DNA of 64,000 nucleotides, from NCBI GenBank assembly GCA_903877885.1, contig CAIRFN010000004.1, forward strand, positions 19,869 to 83,868, read 5' to 3'. Positions 9,307 to 19,849 of this stretch are shown here, in pieces; the first letter of the stretch is position 1, and each line of letters begins with the position of its first letter. Made by a program: the position numbers and the translations under genes. Source of the DNA: an uncultured Candidatus Berkelbacteria bacterium (GTDB lineage: Bacteria; Patescibacteriota; UBA1384; UBA12157). The notes below the pieces were generated by a model that ran no database searches, was not told the DNA's origin, and saw only the letters and a list, made by a program, of their open reading frames with translations.

Positions 9307-12300
9307 CTATTCGATATCCACACTTCCGTCTTCGACGACTTCTTGAAGTCGTTTAGTTAAGGCTGATTTAAGTTCCACTCGAGTTTTGGTTTTGATTTCT
9401 TCAAAACCAATATTTTTTGGCACTCGTAAATATACTGCCAACCCTTCATTTTCTTCGGCCAAATATTGTTTTAAAATATCTTTGATTTTTAACAAAACTT
9501 CTTTTGGGGCGCGATTGGCTAAAGTGATAATCAATTTTTCCGGCGCCGCTTTTTTAGGTTTCTCGTCATCGGCTGTCACCGCTTGCTCGGTTGGCTGCAT
9601 GGCGAGTGCTTCTTCGAAAGTTTGGGCCGAAGCGGCAATGACTTTAGCCACATTTTCTTTGCGATCTAGCCGACCATCAATTAACAGAGGTTCATCTGAA
9701 CTCCAAATGGCTGGATTTTGGGCCAATGTTCGCGGAAAAACAATCACTTCAATTTTGCCAGTCAAATCTTCGACCGTTAAAAACATCATTGGTTCTTTAT
9801 TTTTGGTCATGATTTTTCGGGATTGGCTAATTACGCCGCCAAATTGAACCTTGTCATTTGAACTCATGGTTTCTAATTGGGCGATTGATTGACCAATCGT
9901 ACCCAGTTTAGCGGCGATTTCTCGCAAAGGATGTTCCGACAAATAAATGCCCAACAGTTCTTTTTCCCAAGATAATCTTTGTTTTTGGGGTGCGGCTTCC
10001 ACCGACTCTAACTTTAGCTCCGCTAAAGGCGCGGCGGAAGCATCGCCAAATAAATTCATCTGGTTTAAATTTTTAGATTTATTTAAACCTTGAATAAATT
10101 TTAAAATCATGTCAATTTGTAAGACAATCTGATTTCGTTCGGCAAATTGATCTAGAGCGCCGGCTTTAGCCAAAGCCTCGATTACTTTTTTATTCAAAAC
10201 TTTGCTCGAAAGTCTGGTTATAAAATCACCAAAACTTAAATATGGACCGTTTTTTCGCTCTTCCACAATTTCGAGGGATACACCCATGCCAACGTTTTTA
10301 ATGGCCGCCAGTCCAAAGCGAATATTGCCGGTACTTTTTACCACACCAAATTCAACAAAAGATTCGTTCACATCTGGCGGCAAAACTTGAATGCCCATCC
10401 GTTGGCATTCGCCAATGGCAAAGGCAATTTTGTCAATATTTTGTTGTTCGGCGGTTAGCCACGCGGCCATAAAAGCCGACGGATAGTGAGCTTTCAAATA
10501 GGCGGTTTGATAGGCAATCATGGCATAACAGGCGGCGTGGGCGCGGTTAAAACCATATTTGGCAAAAGGTTCGATAAAGTCCCAAACCGCTTGCGCTGTG
10601 TGATGATCCGAACCTTCTTTAATGGCGCCTTCAACAAATTTAACTTTTTGTTCGTCAAGCAATTTCTTGATTTTTTTACCCACTGCTTTACGAAGGATAT
10701 CGGCTTGGCCATAAGTAAAACCGGCAAAATGGCGGGCGATTTGCAACACCTGATCCTGGGTAACAATGACACCGTAAGTACTGGAAAGAATTGGTTCGAG
10801 TTTGGGATCAAGATAAGTGATGGTTTTGCGGCCGTGTTTAGCATCAATAAAATCGGGAATCGAATCCATCGGACCCGGTCGGTAAAGGGCAACCATAGAA
10901 ATAATATCTTCAAACCGTGTTGGTTTTAATTCTTTCAAATAACGTTTCATGCCGTCAGATTCCAGCTGAAATACGCCGGAAGAGTCCCCTCGCGCCAAAA
11001 GCTCATAACTTTCTTTGTCATCAATCGGAATCTTGCTTAAGTCGATATCCACTTCGGCAATTTTTTTAATAATTCGCAAAGCATTTTTGATAATCGTGAG
11101 GTTAGCCAGCCCCAAAATATCCACTTTCAAAAGGCCAACTTCGTCGATATATTTCATCGAATATTGAGTCACAATATTGGTGTCGCCTTTTGGCGGATAT
11201 TGCAGCGGCACATAATCGGTTAAATTGTCTTGGGAAATTACTACCCCGGCAGCATGGGTGCCAGCATTTCGGGCGACGTTTTCCAAGCGTTTTGCCATAT
11301 CAATCAAGCGGCGAAAGGGTGGTTCATTATCATAGATTTTTTTAAGTTCAGCGACCGAGGAAATTGATTCATCGAGCGTCATCCCTTGAGGAATAAGTTT
11401 GGCAATCCGGTCGCCGTCGTCGTAGGCCATACCAAGAGCGCGGGCGACATCGCGAATGGCCATGCGCGCTTTCATCAAACCAAAAGTAATAATTTGGGCG
11501 ACGTGGTCTTTACCATATTTTTGACTAATGTATTGAATCACCTCACCCCGACGGTCGTCAGCAAAATCCAAATCAATATCAGGCGGGGAAATGCGTTCCG
11601 GGTTCAGAAATCGCTCAAACAGCAAATCATAGGCAATCGGGTCGAGGTCGGTAATTTCTAAAACATAGGCGATAATCGAACCGGCGGCCGAACCACGGCC
11701 CGGACCAACGACAATGCCGGCGTCTTTGGCAAATTTAACGTAATCGCGCACAATCAAGAAATAGTCTTCAAAATGACATTTAATGATAATCGAAAGTTCA
11801 TAGTCCAAGCGTTCGCGAATCTGTGGTGTAATAGTTTCATAGCGATCTTTTGCGCCCTGTTCGCACAGCTCGCGCAAATATTCTTCACTCGACAAATTAT
11901 CGGGCGTATCAAACTTGGGTAAAATTGTTAAGCCCAATTGCATTTCCAAATTACATTGTTCAGCAATTTTGACCGTATTGGCCAAAGCTTCAGGTACGTC
12001 TTTAAAATTCTCGGCCATTTGTTCTGGCGAAATCATCGAGAGATTAAATTCCTTGAGTGACAACCGGTTTTCGTCATCAAAATCTTTACCGGTTTGCACT
12101 GCCAACAAAACCTCATGGGCGTCGCGATCTTCTTCGCGGACATAATGAATATCGTTGGTGCAAACCAAACCAATATTTAATTCTTTTGATAGACGAATCA
12201 ATTCTTTATTAACCAGTTTCTGTTCAGCCAGTTCCGGATGATATTGCAGTTCCAAATAAAAATTATCTTTCCCAAAAATATCCTGATATTCCTTGATAGC

Positions 12301-12774
12301 TTCATAAATTCGATCTTTTTGGTCTGAGGCAATTGCTCGCGGAATTTCACCAGCCAAACAAGCTGACAGAGCAATTAGGCCGGCACTATGTTTTTTTAAA
12401 AATTCCTTGTCCACTCGCGGTTTGTAATAATATCCTTCCAAATGCGCGACAGTCGTGATTTTTAAGATATTTTGATAACCTTCATGGTTTTTGGCCAACA
12501 AAACCAAATGATATGGTTTGCTGTCGATCTTGGAATCTTTATCTTGCATAGTCCGCGGCGCGACGTAAGTTTCGACGCCAATAATCGCTTTAATGCCTTC
12601 GTCATGGCATTTTTTGTAAAACTCCACCGCGCCATACATGACGCCGTGGTCAGTCAAAGCCAGCGTATCCATTCCTAATTCTTTGGCACGCGAAATCAGA
12701 TCCGGGAGCTTGCCAAGACCGTCGAGCAGGGAATAATGCGAGTGAGTGTGTAAGTGAACAAATTTTTGACTCAT
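9307..12774 (-). CDS. dnaE: DNA polymerase III alpha subunit
   Basis: PHP domain HLHTHSHYSLLDG, GRGSAAGS, PDIDLDF, YGFNRAHA, OB fold. Confidence 0.98.
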   Translation of the reverse strand: MSQKFVHLHTHSHYSLLDGLGKLPDLISRAKELGMDTLALTDHGVMYGAVEFYKKCHDEGIKAIIGVETYVAPRTMQDKDSKIDSKPYHLVLLAKNHEGYQNILKITTVAHLEGYYYKPRVDKEFLKKHSAGLIALSACLAGEIPRAIASDQKDRIYEAIKEYQDIFGKDNFYLELQYHPELAEQKLVNKELIRLSKELNIGLVCTNDIHYVREEDRDAHEVLLAVQTGKDFDDENRLSLKEFNLSMISPEQMAENFKDVPEALANTVKIAEQCNLEMQLGLTILPKFDTPDNLSSEEYLRELCEQGAKDRYETITPQIRERLDYELSIIIKCHFEDYFLIVRDYVKFAKDAGIVVGPGRGSAAGSIIAYVLEITDLDPIAYDLLFERFLNPERISPPDIDLDFADDRRGEVIQYISQKYGKDHVAQIITFGLMKARMAIRDVARALGMAYDDGDRIAKLIPQGMTLDESISSVAELKKIYDNEPPFRRLIDMAKRLENVARNAGTHAAGVVISQDNLTDYVPLQYPPKGDTNIVTQYSMKYIDEVGLLKVDILGLANLTIIKNALRIIKKIAEVDIDLSKIPIDDKESYELLARGDSSGVFQLESDGMKRYLKELKPTRFEDIISMVALYRPGPMDSIPDFIDAKHGRKTITYLDPKLEPILSSTYGVIVTQDQVLQIARHFAGFTYGQADILRKAVGKKIKKLLDEQKVKFVEGAIKEGSDHHTAQAVWDFIEPFAKYGFNRAHAACYAMIAYQTAYLKAHYPSAFMAAWLTAEQQNIDKIAFAIGECQRMGIQVLPPDVNESFVEFGVVKSTGNIRFGLAAIKNVGMGVSLEIVEERKNGPYLSFGDFITRLSSKVLNKKVIEALAKAGALDQFAERNQIVLQIDMILKFIQGLNKSKNLNQMNLFGDASAAPLAELKLESVEAAPQKQRLSWEKELLGIYLSEHPLREIAAKLGTIGQSIAQLETMSSNDKVQFGGVISQSRKIMTKNKEPMMFLTVEDLTGKIEVIVFPRTLAQNPAIWSSDEPLLIDGRLDRKENVAKVIAASAQTFEEALAMQPTEQAVTADDEKPKKAAPEKLIITLANRAPKEVLLKIKDILKQYLAEENEGLAVYLRVPKNIGFEEIKTKTRVELKSALTKRLQEVVEDGSVDIE

Positions 12775-12858
12775 ATGTTGTTGTTATCGTAACAAAAATT
12801 AGAGGAAAATCAAAGTTTTAAAAAATCTATGTAATAAAAAACCGCCTTCGGTTTGCGC

Positions 12859-13428
12859 CTAGGGCGGGGTGGGGTAGAGTATAGTTTGGAATTGTTTGGC
12901 AAAGGAGTTAGTTTCGATTTCTTTGGCCAGGCTATTTTGAAGTAAAGGGAGAGTATCAATTATTTGGGTTATATGTAGTTTTTGCTTAATAGTCAGACTG
13001 TTTAACGTTTCTTGAAAGATGGTTTCGTGTTGAGGGTATCGTTCACTGATATAACAATTTTCTTTGACAATAATATTGAACGAACCGTGGGCATAACCAA
13101 CTGATAATTTTTGTTTTCCGGATTCGTAAATGACAATTGAATTTTCTTCTGAATCAATATTGATATAAATTTTATTTCCATCGCAATCAATTTCAAAAAG
13201 GCATCCGTGCAGGCCTTGCGTGAATTGAAAATCGTTTTTATTGTGATTTATCGCTGAAAGATCGGCTTCTCCTCTTGTGATTACGGCGAATAATTGTTCA
13301 TTATTGGCAATCCGATTCATTTTCCGCGTTGATAAAGCGAGGAAACCACAATATTTGAGCATGGCGTTTGTGTCGCGTGCATTTTGCTGATTTTGCTGGG
13401 TGATATAATCAAATCGATCTTTTCTCAT
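12859..13428 (-). CDS. Hypothetical protein
   Basis: 189-aa ORF with AAGGAGG RBS; no recognised motif. Confidence 0.55.
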   Translation of the reverse strand: MRKDRFDYITQQNQQNARDTNAMLKYCGFLALSTRKMNRIANNEQLFAVITRGEADLSAINHNKNDFQFTQGLHGCLFEIDCDGNKIYINIDSEENSIVIYESGKQKLSVGYAHGSFNIIVKENCYISERYPQHETIFQETLNSLTIKQKLHITQIIDTLPLLQNSLAKEIETNSFAKQFQTILYPTPP

Positions 13429-13734
13429 AATGCCCTCCTTATGAGCATTTTAATTGTTAAGTATCTGATTAGTCAGTTTTAATCAGACAATCAATTATAC
13501 CTGTGTAAACCCTGTGAGTCAATAGGTATGTCAATATAAAAAGAGAACCGTCCCTTTTGTTTGGAATTTTCCAATCAAAATATTGACAATCCTTGGTTTT
13601 TGTGGTTAAATGAGGTATATTCAATATATCAAATAAAACATTAATTTCCAATTTTCAGTTTACTTTACCTAAAGGCAGTTTTCATTTAAATTTGAAAATT
13701 GAGAACTGATAATTGAGAATTCTTCGGAGAAGTT

Positions 13735-14007
13735 ATGGCTCATACAAAAGCAAAAGGTACAAGTAGATTAGGTCGCGACAGTCGCGCCAAACGTTTAGGT
13801 GTCAAAAAATTTGGTGAACAAGTGATTGAAGCTGGCCAAATTATTATTCGCCAACGCGGTTCAAAATTTTATGCTGGTGAAGGTACTGCCATGGGCGCAG
13901 ATGATACTTTGTATGCCAAAGTTGCTGGAAAAGTACATTTCAAAAAAACCCAAATCATGAAGTTTACTGGTTCCAAAGTCAACAAAACCATCGTTTCAGT
14001 TAATTAA
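13735..14007 (+). CDS. rpmA: 50S ribosomal protein L27
   Basis: [16 protein letters not shown]...KRLGVK...IIRQRG. Confidence 0.97.
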   Translation: MAHTKAKGTSRLGRDSRAKRLGVKKFGEQVIEAGQIIIRQRGSKFYAGEGTAMGADDTLYAKVAGKVHFKKTQIMKFTGSKVNKTIVSVN

Positions 14008-14224
14008 GATCTAACTAAATCAACCAATTTTTTTGGTTAGATTTAATTAATTGTAACTTAACTTAATATTTGCCAAGGAATTTATTCTTTGGAAAATCCC
14101 CAGAAAGCCCCATCTTTTTCGAAAGGAGAATGCTTATGCATTCGCTATCTCCGTAAGAAGATTTCTCCGCGTCAATCCACAAATAGAATATGGTTTTGCA
14201 ACATTCTGACAAGGGAGTTTAACT

Positions 14225-14590
14225 ATGGCTACTCTAAGTTTTGGCGGAGTGATTCCGGCCAGTTTTCAACGAAGCACCGGCGATTTGGCAGAGCAAGGGA
14301 CAGACACCTATGACAAAACCGTTGCTCTGTCGATGAAAAAGTCGCAGCCACTGCCGGTCGATACCAATTCTTTGGCTATCGATATGGCCCAACTTGAGCT
14401 GTTGGCTTGCCATCAGACGGAATTTTCCGATCTGGATTCACTGATCGTAGCGATCGGACATGGTTCGGACTTGAGCCATGAAAACAAGCCGAAGTTGACG
14501 ACTCAGGAAAAGCGTGATCTCGCCCTTTTCCATGAGTATAAGGAAGTGTTGCCGAAATTCGGCTGGAAGCCACCGCAACTCCGTCGTTAA
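14225..14590 (+). CDS. Hypothetical protein
   Basis: 121-aa ORF with GGGAG RBS, followed by a hairpin terminator (about 14612-14642). Confidence 0.5.
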   Translation: MATLSFGGVIPASFQRSTGDLAEQGTDTYDKTVALSMKKSQPLPVDTNSLAIDMAQLELLACHQTEFSDLDSLIVAIGHGSDLSHENKPKLTTQEKRDLALFHEYKEVLPKFGWKPPQLRR

Positions 14591-14715
14591 GGGATACCAC
14601 AAGGACAGTTTTGTCCGGCATTCGATTGCCGGACATTTTTTTGCCTTTACAAAAAAATATTTATATGGTAAAATTAATTAGTAAAAAATAATTCTTCAAA
14701 ATACAAAAGGATAAA

Positions 14716-15228
14716 ATGGAAATTCAAGATTTAACCAAAACCTATCAAAAGAAAAATGTTCCAGAAATTCGCGTCGGTGACACCGTGCGGATTCATTTTA
14801 AGATTACTGAAGGTGCAAAAACCCGTATTCAAGCTTTTGAAGGCTTGGTTATTGCCACTAAACACGGTCAAGGTCTTGATGGTTCAATCAAAGTTCGCAA
14901 AGTTACCGACGGTGTCGGCATTGAACGAACTTTTCCAATTCACTCACCTTTGATTGTTAAATTTGAAAAAGTTAAATCCTATAATCCGGGACGGGCTAAA
15001 CTTTATTTTGTGCGCGATTTAGTCGGCAAGAAAAAGAAAAAAGTAGTGGAAACTAAATCTGGTCAAACTTGGGAAGAACCAACTGGCGAAAGCGAAATTG
15101 AAAAAATTGAAGCTGCCAAAGTTGCTGAAGCCGAAGCCAGATTAGCCGAAAAAGAAGCGAAAGAAAAAGAACTCGAAGAAAAATTTGAAGAAGCTGTGGC
15201 CAGCCATTTGGAAGCTAAAGCGGAATAA
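14716..15228 (+). CDS. rplS: 50S ribosomal protein L19 with charged C-terminal extension
   Basis: GDTVRIH..I.EG.K.RIQ.FEG, GIERTFPIHSP, RAKLYF. Confidence 0.95.
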   Translation: MEIQDLTKTYQKKNVPEIRVGDTVRIHFKITEGAKTRIQAFEGLVIATKHGQGLDGSIKVRKVTDGVGIERTFPIHSPLIVKFEKVKSYNPGRAKLYFVRDLVGKKKKKVVETKSGQTWEEPTGESEIEKIEAAKVAEAEARLAEKEAKEKELEEKFEEAVASHLEAKAE

Positions 15229-15301
15229 GCGGGTTCTATTAAAATTGATTAAAACTAAGAAAATCCCGCGAAAGTGGGATTTTCTGTTGTTAGGATGAGA
15301 T

Positions 15302-15646
15302 ATGTCATTTGCGCGTAAAAAGTTGGGAGCCGAAGGCGAAGATCTCGCTTTTGAATATCTGACAAAAAAAGGTTATGAACTCATCGGTCGCAATGTTAGG
15401 CTTTTTTGCGGTGAAATCGATTTGCTAATGCAAGACAAAAAGACTTTAGTGTTAGTGGAAGTTAAAACTAAATCTAATCGAGAATATGGTTTGGCTGAAG
15501 AAAAAGTTAATTATCAAAAACAGCGGAAATTATTGACATTAGCCCGCGCCTTGACTAGTAAATACCCGAACGACTCTGTTAGAATAGATGTAGTGGCTAT
15601 CAACGGTCAGGAAATAAACCATATTATAAATGCAGTGGAAGGATAA
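15302..15646 (+). CDS. YraN family (UPF0102) nuclease-fold protein
   Basis: G..GE..A..YL...GY, GEIDL, LVEVK, RIDVVAI. Confidence 0.9.
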   Translation: MSFARKKLGAEGEDLAFEYLTKKGYELIGRNVRLFCGEIDLLMQDKKTLVLVEVKTKSNREYGLAEEKVNYQKQRKLLTLARALTSKYPNDSVRIDVVAINGQEINHIINAVEG

Positions 15647-15649
15647 TTG

Positions 15650-16495
15650 ATGTTGGAAAAATCAAAAAAATTAACGATTTTTGAAAAGGAAAAAATCCGT
15701 CGATTTTGGGATGAGGCTAAGGAATTATGGTATTTTTCAATAATCGATATTATCGGTGTTTTAATCGAACAACCAGACTTTAAAAAGGCCAAAAGTTACT
15801 GGTCTACTCTTAAGAATCGTCTCAAAAATGAAGGTAGTGAGCTGGTCACAAAATGTGACCAACTGAAAATGCCATCCGCAGACGGCAAATTTTACAACAC
15901 TGATGTGGCTGACGTGGAAACAATTTTGCGCTTAGTCCAATCGGTGCCCAGCCCAAAAGCCGAGCCGATTAAATTATGGTTAGCAAAAGTCGGCTATGAG
16001 AGAATGCAAGAAATAATTGATCCGGAAAAATCCATTAATCGTGGTCGGCTGAATTGGCAAAGAATGGGGCGAAGCGAGAAATGGATTCAACAGCGGATGA
16101 TGGGCCAAGAAATCAGAAATAAATTGACAGATTATTGGGCGGATCATGAAGTTAAAGAAAAAGGTGAATATGCGATTCTTACAAATATTATTCATCAAGA
16201 ATGGAGCGATTTAACAGTTAAAGAACATAAAAATCTTAAGAAACTTAAAACTGAAAATCTTCGCGATCATATGACCGATGCAGAATTGGTTTTTACGGCT
16301 CTAGCTGAGCTTTCGACGCGTCAAATTGCCGAAACTGTAGGAGCAAACGGTTTAGTGGAAAACAAAATTCCAGCTGAAAAAGGTGGTCAAATTGCAAAAA
16401 ATGCGCGTTTGGAGCTAGAACAAAAAACTGGTCAAAAAGTGGTGAGCGGGAGTAATTTTAAAGCTTTATCGGGACAAAAAAGTAAAATAAAATAA
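15650..16495 (+). CDS. Bro-N domain / phage-antirepressor-like DNA-binding protein
   Basis: WYFSIIDII, QSVPSPKAEPIKLWLA, NLRDHMTDAEL pattern. Confidence 0.8.
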   Translation: MLEKSKKLTIFEKEKIRRFWDEAKELWYFSIIDIIGVLIEQPDFKKAKSYWSTLKNRLKNEGSELVTKCDQLKMPSADGKFYNTDVADVETILRLVQSVPSPKAEPIKLWLAKVGYERMQEIIDPEKSINRGRLNWQRMGRSEKWIQQRMMGQEIRNKLTDYWADHEVKEKGEYAILTNIIHQEWSDLTVKEHKNLKKLKTENLRDHMTDAELVFTALAELSTRQIAETVGANGLVENKIPAEKGGQIAKNARLELEQKTGQKVVSGSNFKALSGQKSKIK

Positions 16496-16503
16496 AGGAC
16501 CAA

Positions 16504-18261
16504 ATGAAAAAAGAAATTTTTTCTCAAGACTTAAATTCACTTCTGAAAAACATTTGTGTTAATGAAAATGATTTTTATGAAACCGCTAACTCTAACACTA
16601 AGTTTTTAAAAAATATTTTTAGTAGTTTGGATAAGGATTACATTTTTCTATTAGTCGATTATCAAAAAGATGAAAAGTTAGTTGATAAAGGTTTGGTTAT
16701 TGGCGATTTAGTCAAAAATCCAGATTATAATTATTCTTTTGTGCCACTTGGTATTATTATTGAAGGTGAAGTGATTGTAAATAAAGGCGGGAAAGCCACC
16801 AAACGCTTAACAGAAGGTGATTTTATTGGTTTGTTTGAGACAAGTGATTGGTTAGAAACTGGAAAAAGAAGAGAAATTGGCGACTGGACTCTTATCGCTG
16901 GTCAAAATACTCAAATTGTTTTTTTCCCTTCTAAATTTTTTACAACTGATAATAAGATTAGCCAAACCTTTAATAACTATTTGACTGAATTAGCGCGAAA
17001 TGATCGGGTGCCGCAACCAATCACCGATTTGCCTCTTCTAGATTGGGCCGCAAGTCATACAACTAAATCAAGACTTTCCGACTATGTGATTGTGGTACAT
17101 ACTCATTTATTGCCAAATTCTTTTCCGTTTTTTCGCCAATTAGCTCATTTGGGAAATTTTGGCAAAATATTTATTATGGAAAAGCCATATTCAACAGTTC
17201 GCCAAACTTTTAACAATCTAATTCAAGCTGGTTGCGAGGTCGTCCAGGTCCAAATGGAACCAGGCCTCCCTTATGAATTTTCGGTTAAAAAGAGTCTCGA
17301 TCTTTTGTGGGCAAAAGTTATTGACGAGCAAAAGAAAACTTCTTTTAAAAAATTGTTGATAGTAGATGATGGGGCCGAACTTTGGCTTTCAATTCCATGG
17401 AATGATTTAAAAGATGTTTTAATCGCTGGCGTTGAACAAACTCAAAGAGGGATTACTCGAATCAAAAATAGCAATCATCATATTCCTCCGATTGTTAGTG
17501 TTGCTTCTAGTGGTGTCAAAAAGATTGTTGAATCGATTTTTATCGGACAGTCAGTGGTTAATAAATTTAATGAGCTAGGTATTTTTTCACAAAACAAGAA
17601 AATCGGCATTATCGGTATGGGCAGTATCGGGTCAGCTGTGGCTGATTATTTAAGCGAAAATAATCAGGAATCTTATTTTTACGACCCGCTTGGTCGCGAA
17701 AAAGTAGACACAAAAGCAATTAGTTATCCTTCACTTGATTCATTACTTAATAATTGCGATATAATTATTGGTACGACTGGTACAGACGCACTTAAAGGTA
17801 TCGCATTCGATAGAGTCCATGGGCAAAAAATTCTAGCAAGCGCGTCTTCGACTGATGTAGAATTTGCGACACTTTTAAAACTTGCAGAACCAACTACCGA
17901 GCCATTTGGTGTTCGTAAAGTAAAAGTAAATGAAAATTTAGAATTTGATATTTTGAATGGCGGTTATCCACTTAATTTTGATAGAGAAAAAAACGCAACA
18001 CCTGATGAAGACATTGTTTTAACCTGGTGTTTAATGTATATAGGCGCAATGCAGGCAGTGCGGTTGATTGATAAAAAAATTCGAGATGGTAAAATTTACG
18101 ATTTAGATATAATTTCTCAAGAAAAAATTCTAAAAAAGTGGATTGAAGAAAAAATAAAATTAGGGCAAAATCCAAACATTCTAGATGACGAGATTAAACG
18201 AATAATAAATTCCACACATCTTGATGGCGCTGGAACTATACCGAGTGTTTGGGAAGATTAA
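16504..18261 (+). CDS. Cyclic-nucleotide-binding domain fused to an S-adenosylhomocysteine-hydrolase-like NAD-binding module
   Basis: IIIEGEVIV...LTEGDFIG (cNMP fold); VDDGAEL, GVEQTQRG, GMGSIG Rossmann motif, ILNGGYPLNF resemble AdoHcyase motifs. Confidence 0.55.
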   Translation: MKKEIFSQDLNSLLKNICVNENDFYETANSNTKFLKNIFSSLDKDYIFLLVDYQKDEKLVDKGLVIGDLVKNPDYNYSFVPLGIIIEGEVIVNKGGKATKRLTEGDFIGLFETSDWLETGKRREIGDWTLIAGQNTQIVFFPSKFFTTDNKISQTFNNYLTELARNDRVPQPITDLPLLDWAASHTTKSRLSDYVIVVHTHLLPNSFPFFRQLAHLGNFGKIFIMEKPYSTVRQTFNNLIQAGCEVVQVQMEPGLPYEFSVKKSLDLLWAKVIDEQKKTSFKKLLIVDDGAELWLSIPWNDLKDVLIAGVEQTQRGITRIKNSNHHIPPIVSVASSGVKKIVESIFIGQSVVNKFNELGIFSQNKKIGIIGMGSIGSAVADYLSENNQESYFYDPLGREKVDTKAISYPSLDSLLNNCDIIIGTTGTDALKGIAFDRVHGQKILASASSTDVEFATLLKLAEPTTEPFGVRKVKVNENLEFDILNGGYPLNFDREKNATPDEDIVLTWCLMYIGAMQAVRLIDKKIRDGKIYDLDIISQEKILKKWIEEKIKLGQNPNILDDEIKRIINSTHLDGAGTIPSVWED

Positions 18262-18280
18262 AAAACTACAAAGGAATCAA

Positions 18281-19741
18281 ATGTCAGAAGAAGAAATTAG
18301 AACCCGAATTGCGCCGAGTCCAACCGGATATTTTCATATCGGCACGGCTCGCGCCGCTTTATTTAACTGGCTTTACGCCAAACGTTTTGGCGGAAAATTT
18401 ATTTTGCGAATGGAAGATACGGATAAAGCTCGTTCAACCGAGGAATATGCCATTGATATTATGGAATGTATGAGCTGGTTAGGTTTGGATTGGGATGAGG
18501 GTCCGGAAAATCCGGATTTATATGGTCCATATCGCCAATCAGAACGGGCGGAAATTTATCAAAAATATGCCAAACAACTTCTCGATGAGAGGTTGGCTTA
18601 CAAATGTTATTGCACGCCAGATGAATTGGAAGCCGAGAAAAAATTGCAGATGGAACGGCACGAACCACCAAAATATTCTGGTCGTTGCCGCAATTTGTCG
18701 CCCGAACAAATTTTGGCTTTTGAAAATGAAGGTCGCAAACCGGCTCTGCGCTTTAAAATCGACGAAAGTAGTCCAATCAAATTCAAAGATTTAATTAAAG
18801 GCGAAATGGAATTTGACCCAAAGCTTTTCGGTGATTTTATTGTGATGAAATCTGATAATTTACCGGCTTTTATGTTTGCCGGCATTATTGATGATTCGGA
18901 AATGAAAATTTCTTTAGTTATGCGCGGCGAAGATCATCTATCAAATACGCCACGACAAATTTTGTTAGCCAAAGCTTTGGATTTACCGATTCCTGATTAC
19001 GCTCATCTGTCGATGATTTTAAATTCTGACAAAACCAAAATGAGTAAACGCAAAAATCCAGTGTCGGTCTCTAAAGATTTTCGCGATAAAGGCTATTTGC
19101 CGGAAGCAATGATTAACTTTTTGGTACTACTTGGTTGGTCACCGAAAGAGGGGAAATCCGACGAAATTTATAGTTTAGATGATTTAACTAAAGAATTTGA
19201 TTTGTCGGAGGTGGGTAAATCTCCAGCGATTTTTGATACGACTAAACTCGATTTTTTCAATGGATATTATATCCGTCAAATGGAACTGGGCGAGTTAGCC
19301 AAGCGCTGTCTGCCATATTTGTTGGCTGCCGATTTAATTAAAAAAGAAGATGAAAAAATTTTGAAAGTCGTCGCTTTGGTCCAAGAAAGAATGAAAAAAT
19401 TGTCCGAAGTCGTCGAATTAACTGATTTTATGTTTAAAGAAATTGACTATCCAGCCGAACTTTTAATTACCAAAGGCACAACTAAAGAAATTACTTTGAA
19501 GGCTTTAGAAGAATCGGCCAAAGTTTTGACTGACGAAACCGATTATAGTCGCGATTCTTTGGACGGATTACTTCGAGCTTTGGCTACCAAACTTGGGTTT
19601 ACAGCCGGTCAAATTTTATGGCCAATTCGGGTAGCTTTATCTGGAAAACCGGCGTCGCCTGGTACATTCGAACTCTTAGATTTCTTTGGCAAAGATGAAA
19701 GTCTATCGCGTATTAAAAAAGCGATTGATATGCTAAAATAA
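18281..19741 (+). CDS. gltX: Glutamate--tRNA ligase
   Basis: RIAPSPTGYFHIG (HIGH) and KMSKR motifs. Confidence 0.97.
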   Translation: MSEEEIRTRIAPSPTGYFHIGTARAALFNWLYAKRFGGKFILRMEDTDKARSTEEYAIDIMECMSWLGLDWDEGPENPDLYGPYRQSERAEIYQKYAKQLLDERLAYKCYCTPDELEAEKKLQMERHEPPKYSGRCRNLSPEQILAFENEGRKPALRFKIDESSPIKFKDLIKGEMEFDPKLFGDFIVMKSDNLPAFMFAGIIDDSEMKISLVMRGEDHLSNTPRQILLAKALDLPIPDYAHLSMILNSDKTKMSKRKNPVSVSKDFRDKGYLPEAMINFLVLLGWSPKEGKSDEIYSLDDLTKEFDLSEVGKSPAIFDTTKLDFFNGYYIRQMELGELAKRCLPYLLAADLIKKEDEKILKVVALVQERMKKLSEVVELTDFMFKEIDYPAELLITKGTTKEITLKALEESAKVLTDETDYSRDSLDGLLRALATKLGFTAGQILWPIRVALSGKPASPGTFELLDFFGKDESLSRIKKAIDMLK

Positions 19742-19845
19742 GAACCTTTCTTCGAAAGAACCTTGTTTTACTCGTCGATAACTCGTAAAATAAGAACCTT
19801 TCTTCGAAAGAACCTTGTTTTACTCGTCGATAACTCGTAAAATAA
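19734..19845. repeat. Perfect 52-bp tandem duplication
   Basis: taaaataagaacctttcttcgaaagaaccttgttttactcgtcgataactcg twice, plus 8 bp of a third copy. Confidence 0.95.
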
Positions 19846-19849
19846 TAAT

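Noticed and set aside
9307-12774. Intein in dnaE
   Set aside because: Length (1155 aa) and motif spacing are normal
14089-14313. 74-aa TTG-start ORF and the antisense ORF 14376-14636
   Set aside because: Both overlap the better-supported 14225 ORF and have no clear RBS or motif
14716-15228. L19 C-terminal extension as a novelty
   Set aside because: Charged extensions on L19 occur in many lineages
15650-16495. Prophage implied by the antirepressor-like gene
   Set aside because: No structural, replication or integrase genes nearby; stand-alone Bro-N genes are common
19734-19845. Possible CRISPR array
   Set aside because: Two identical adjacent units with no spacers, and no cas genes nearby
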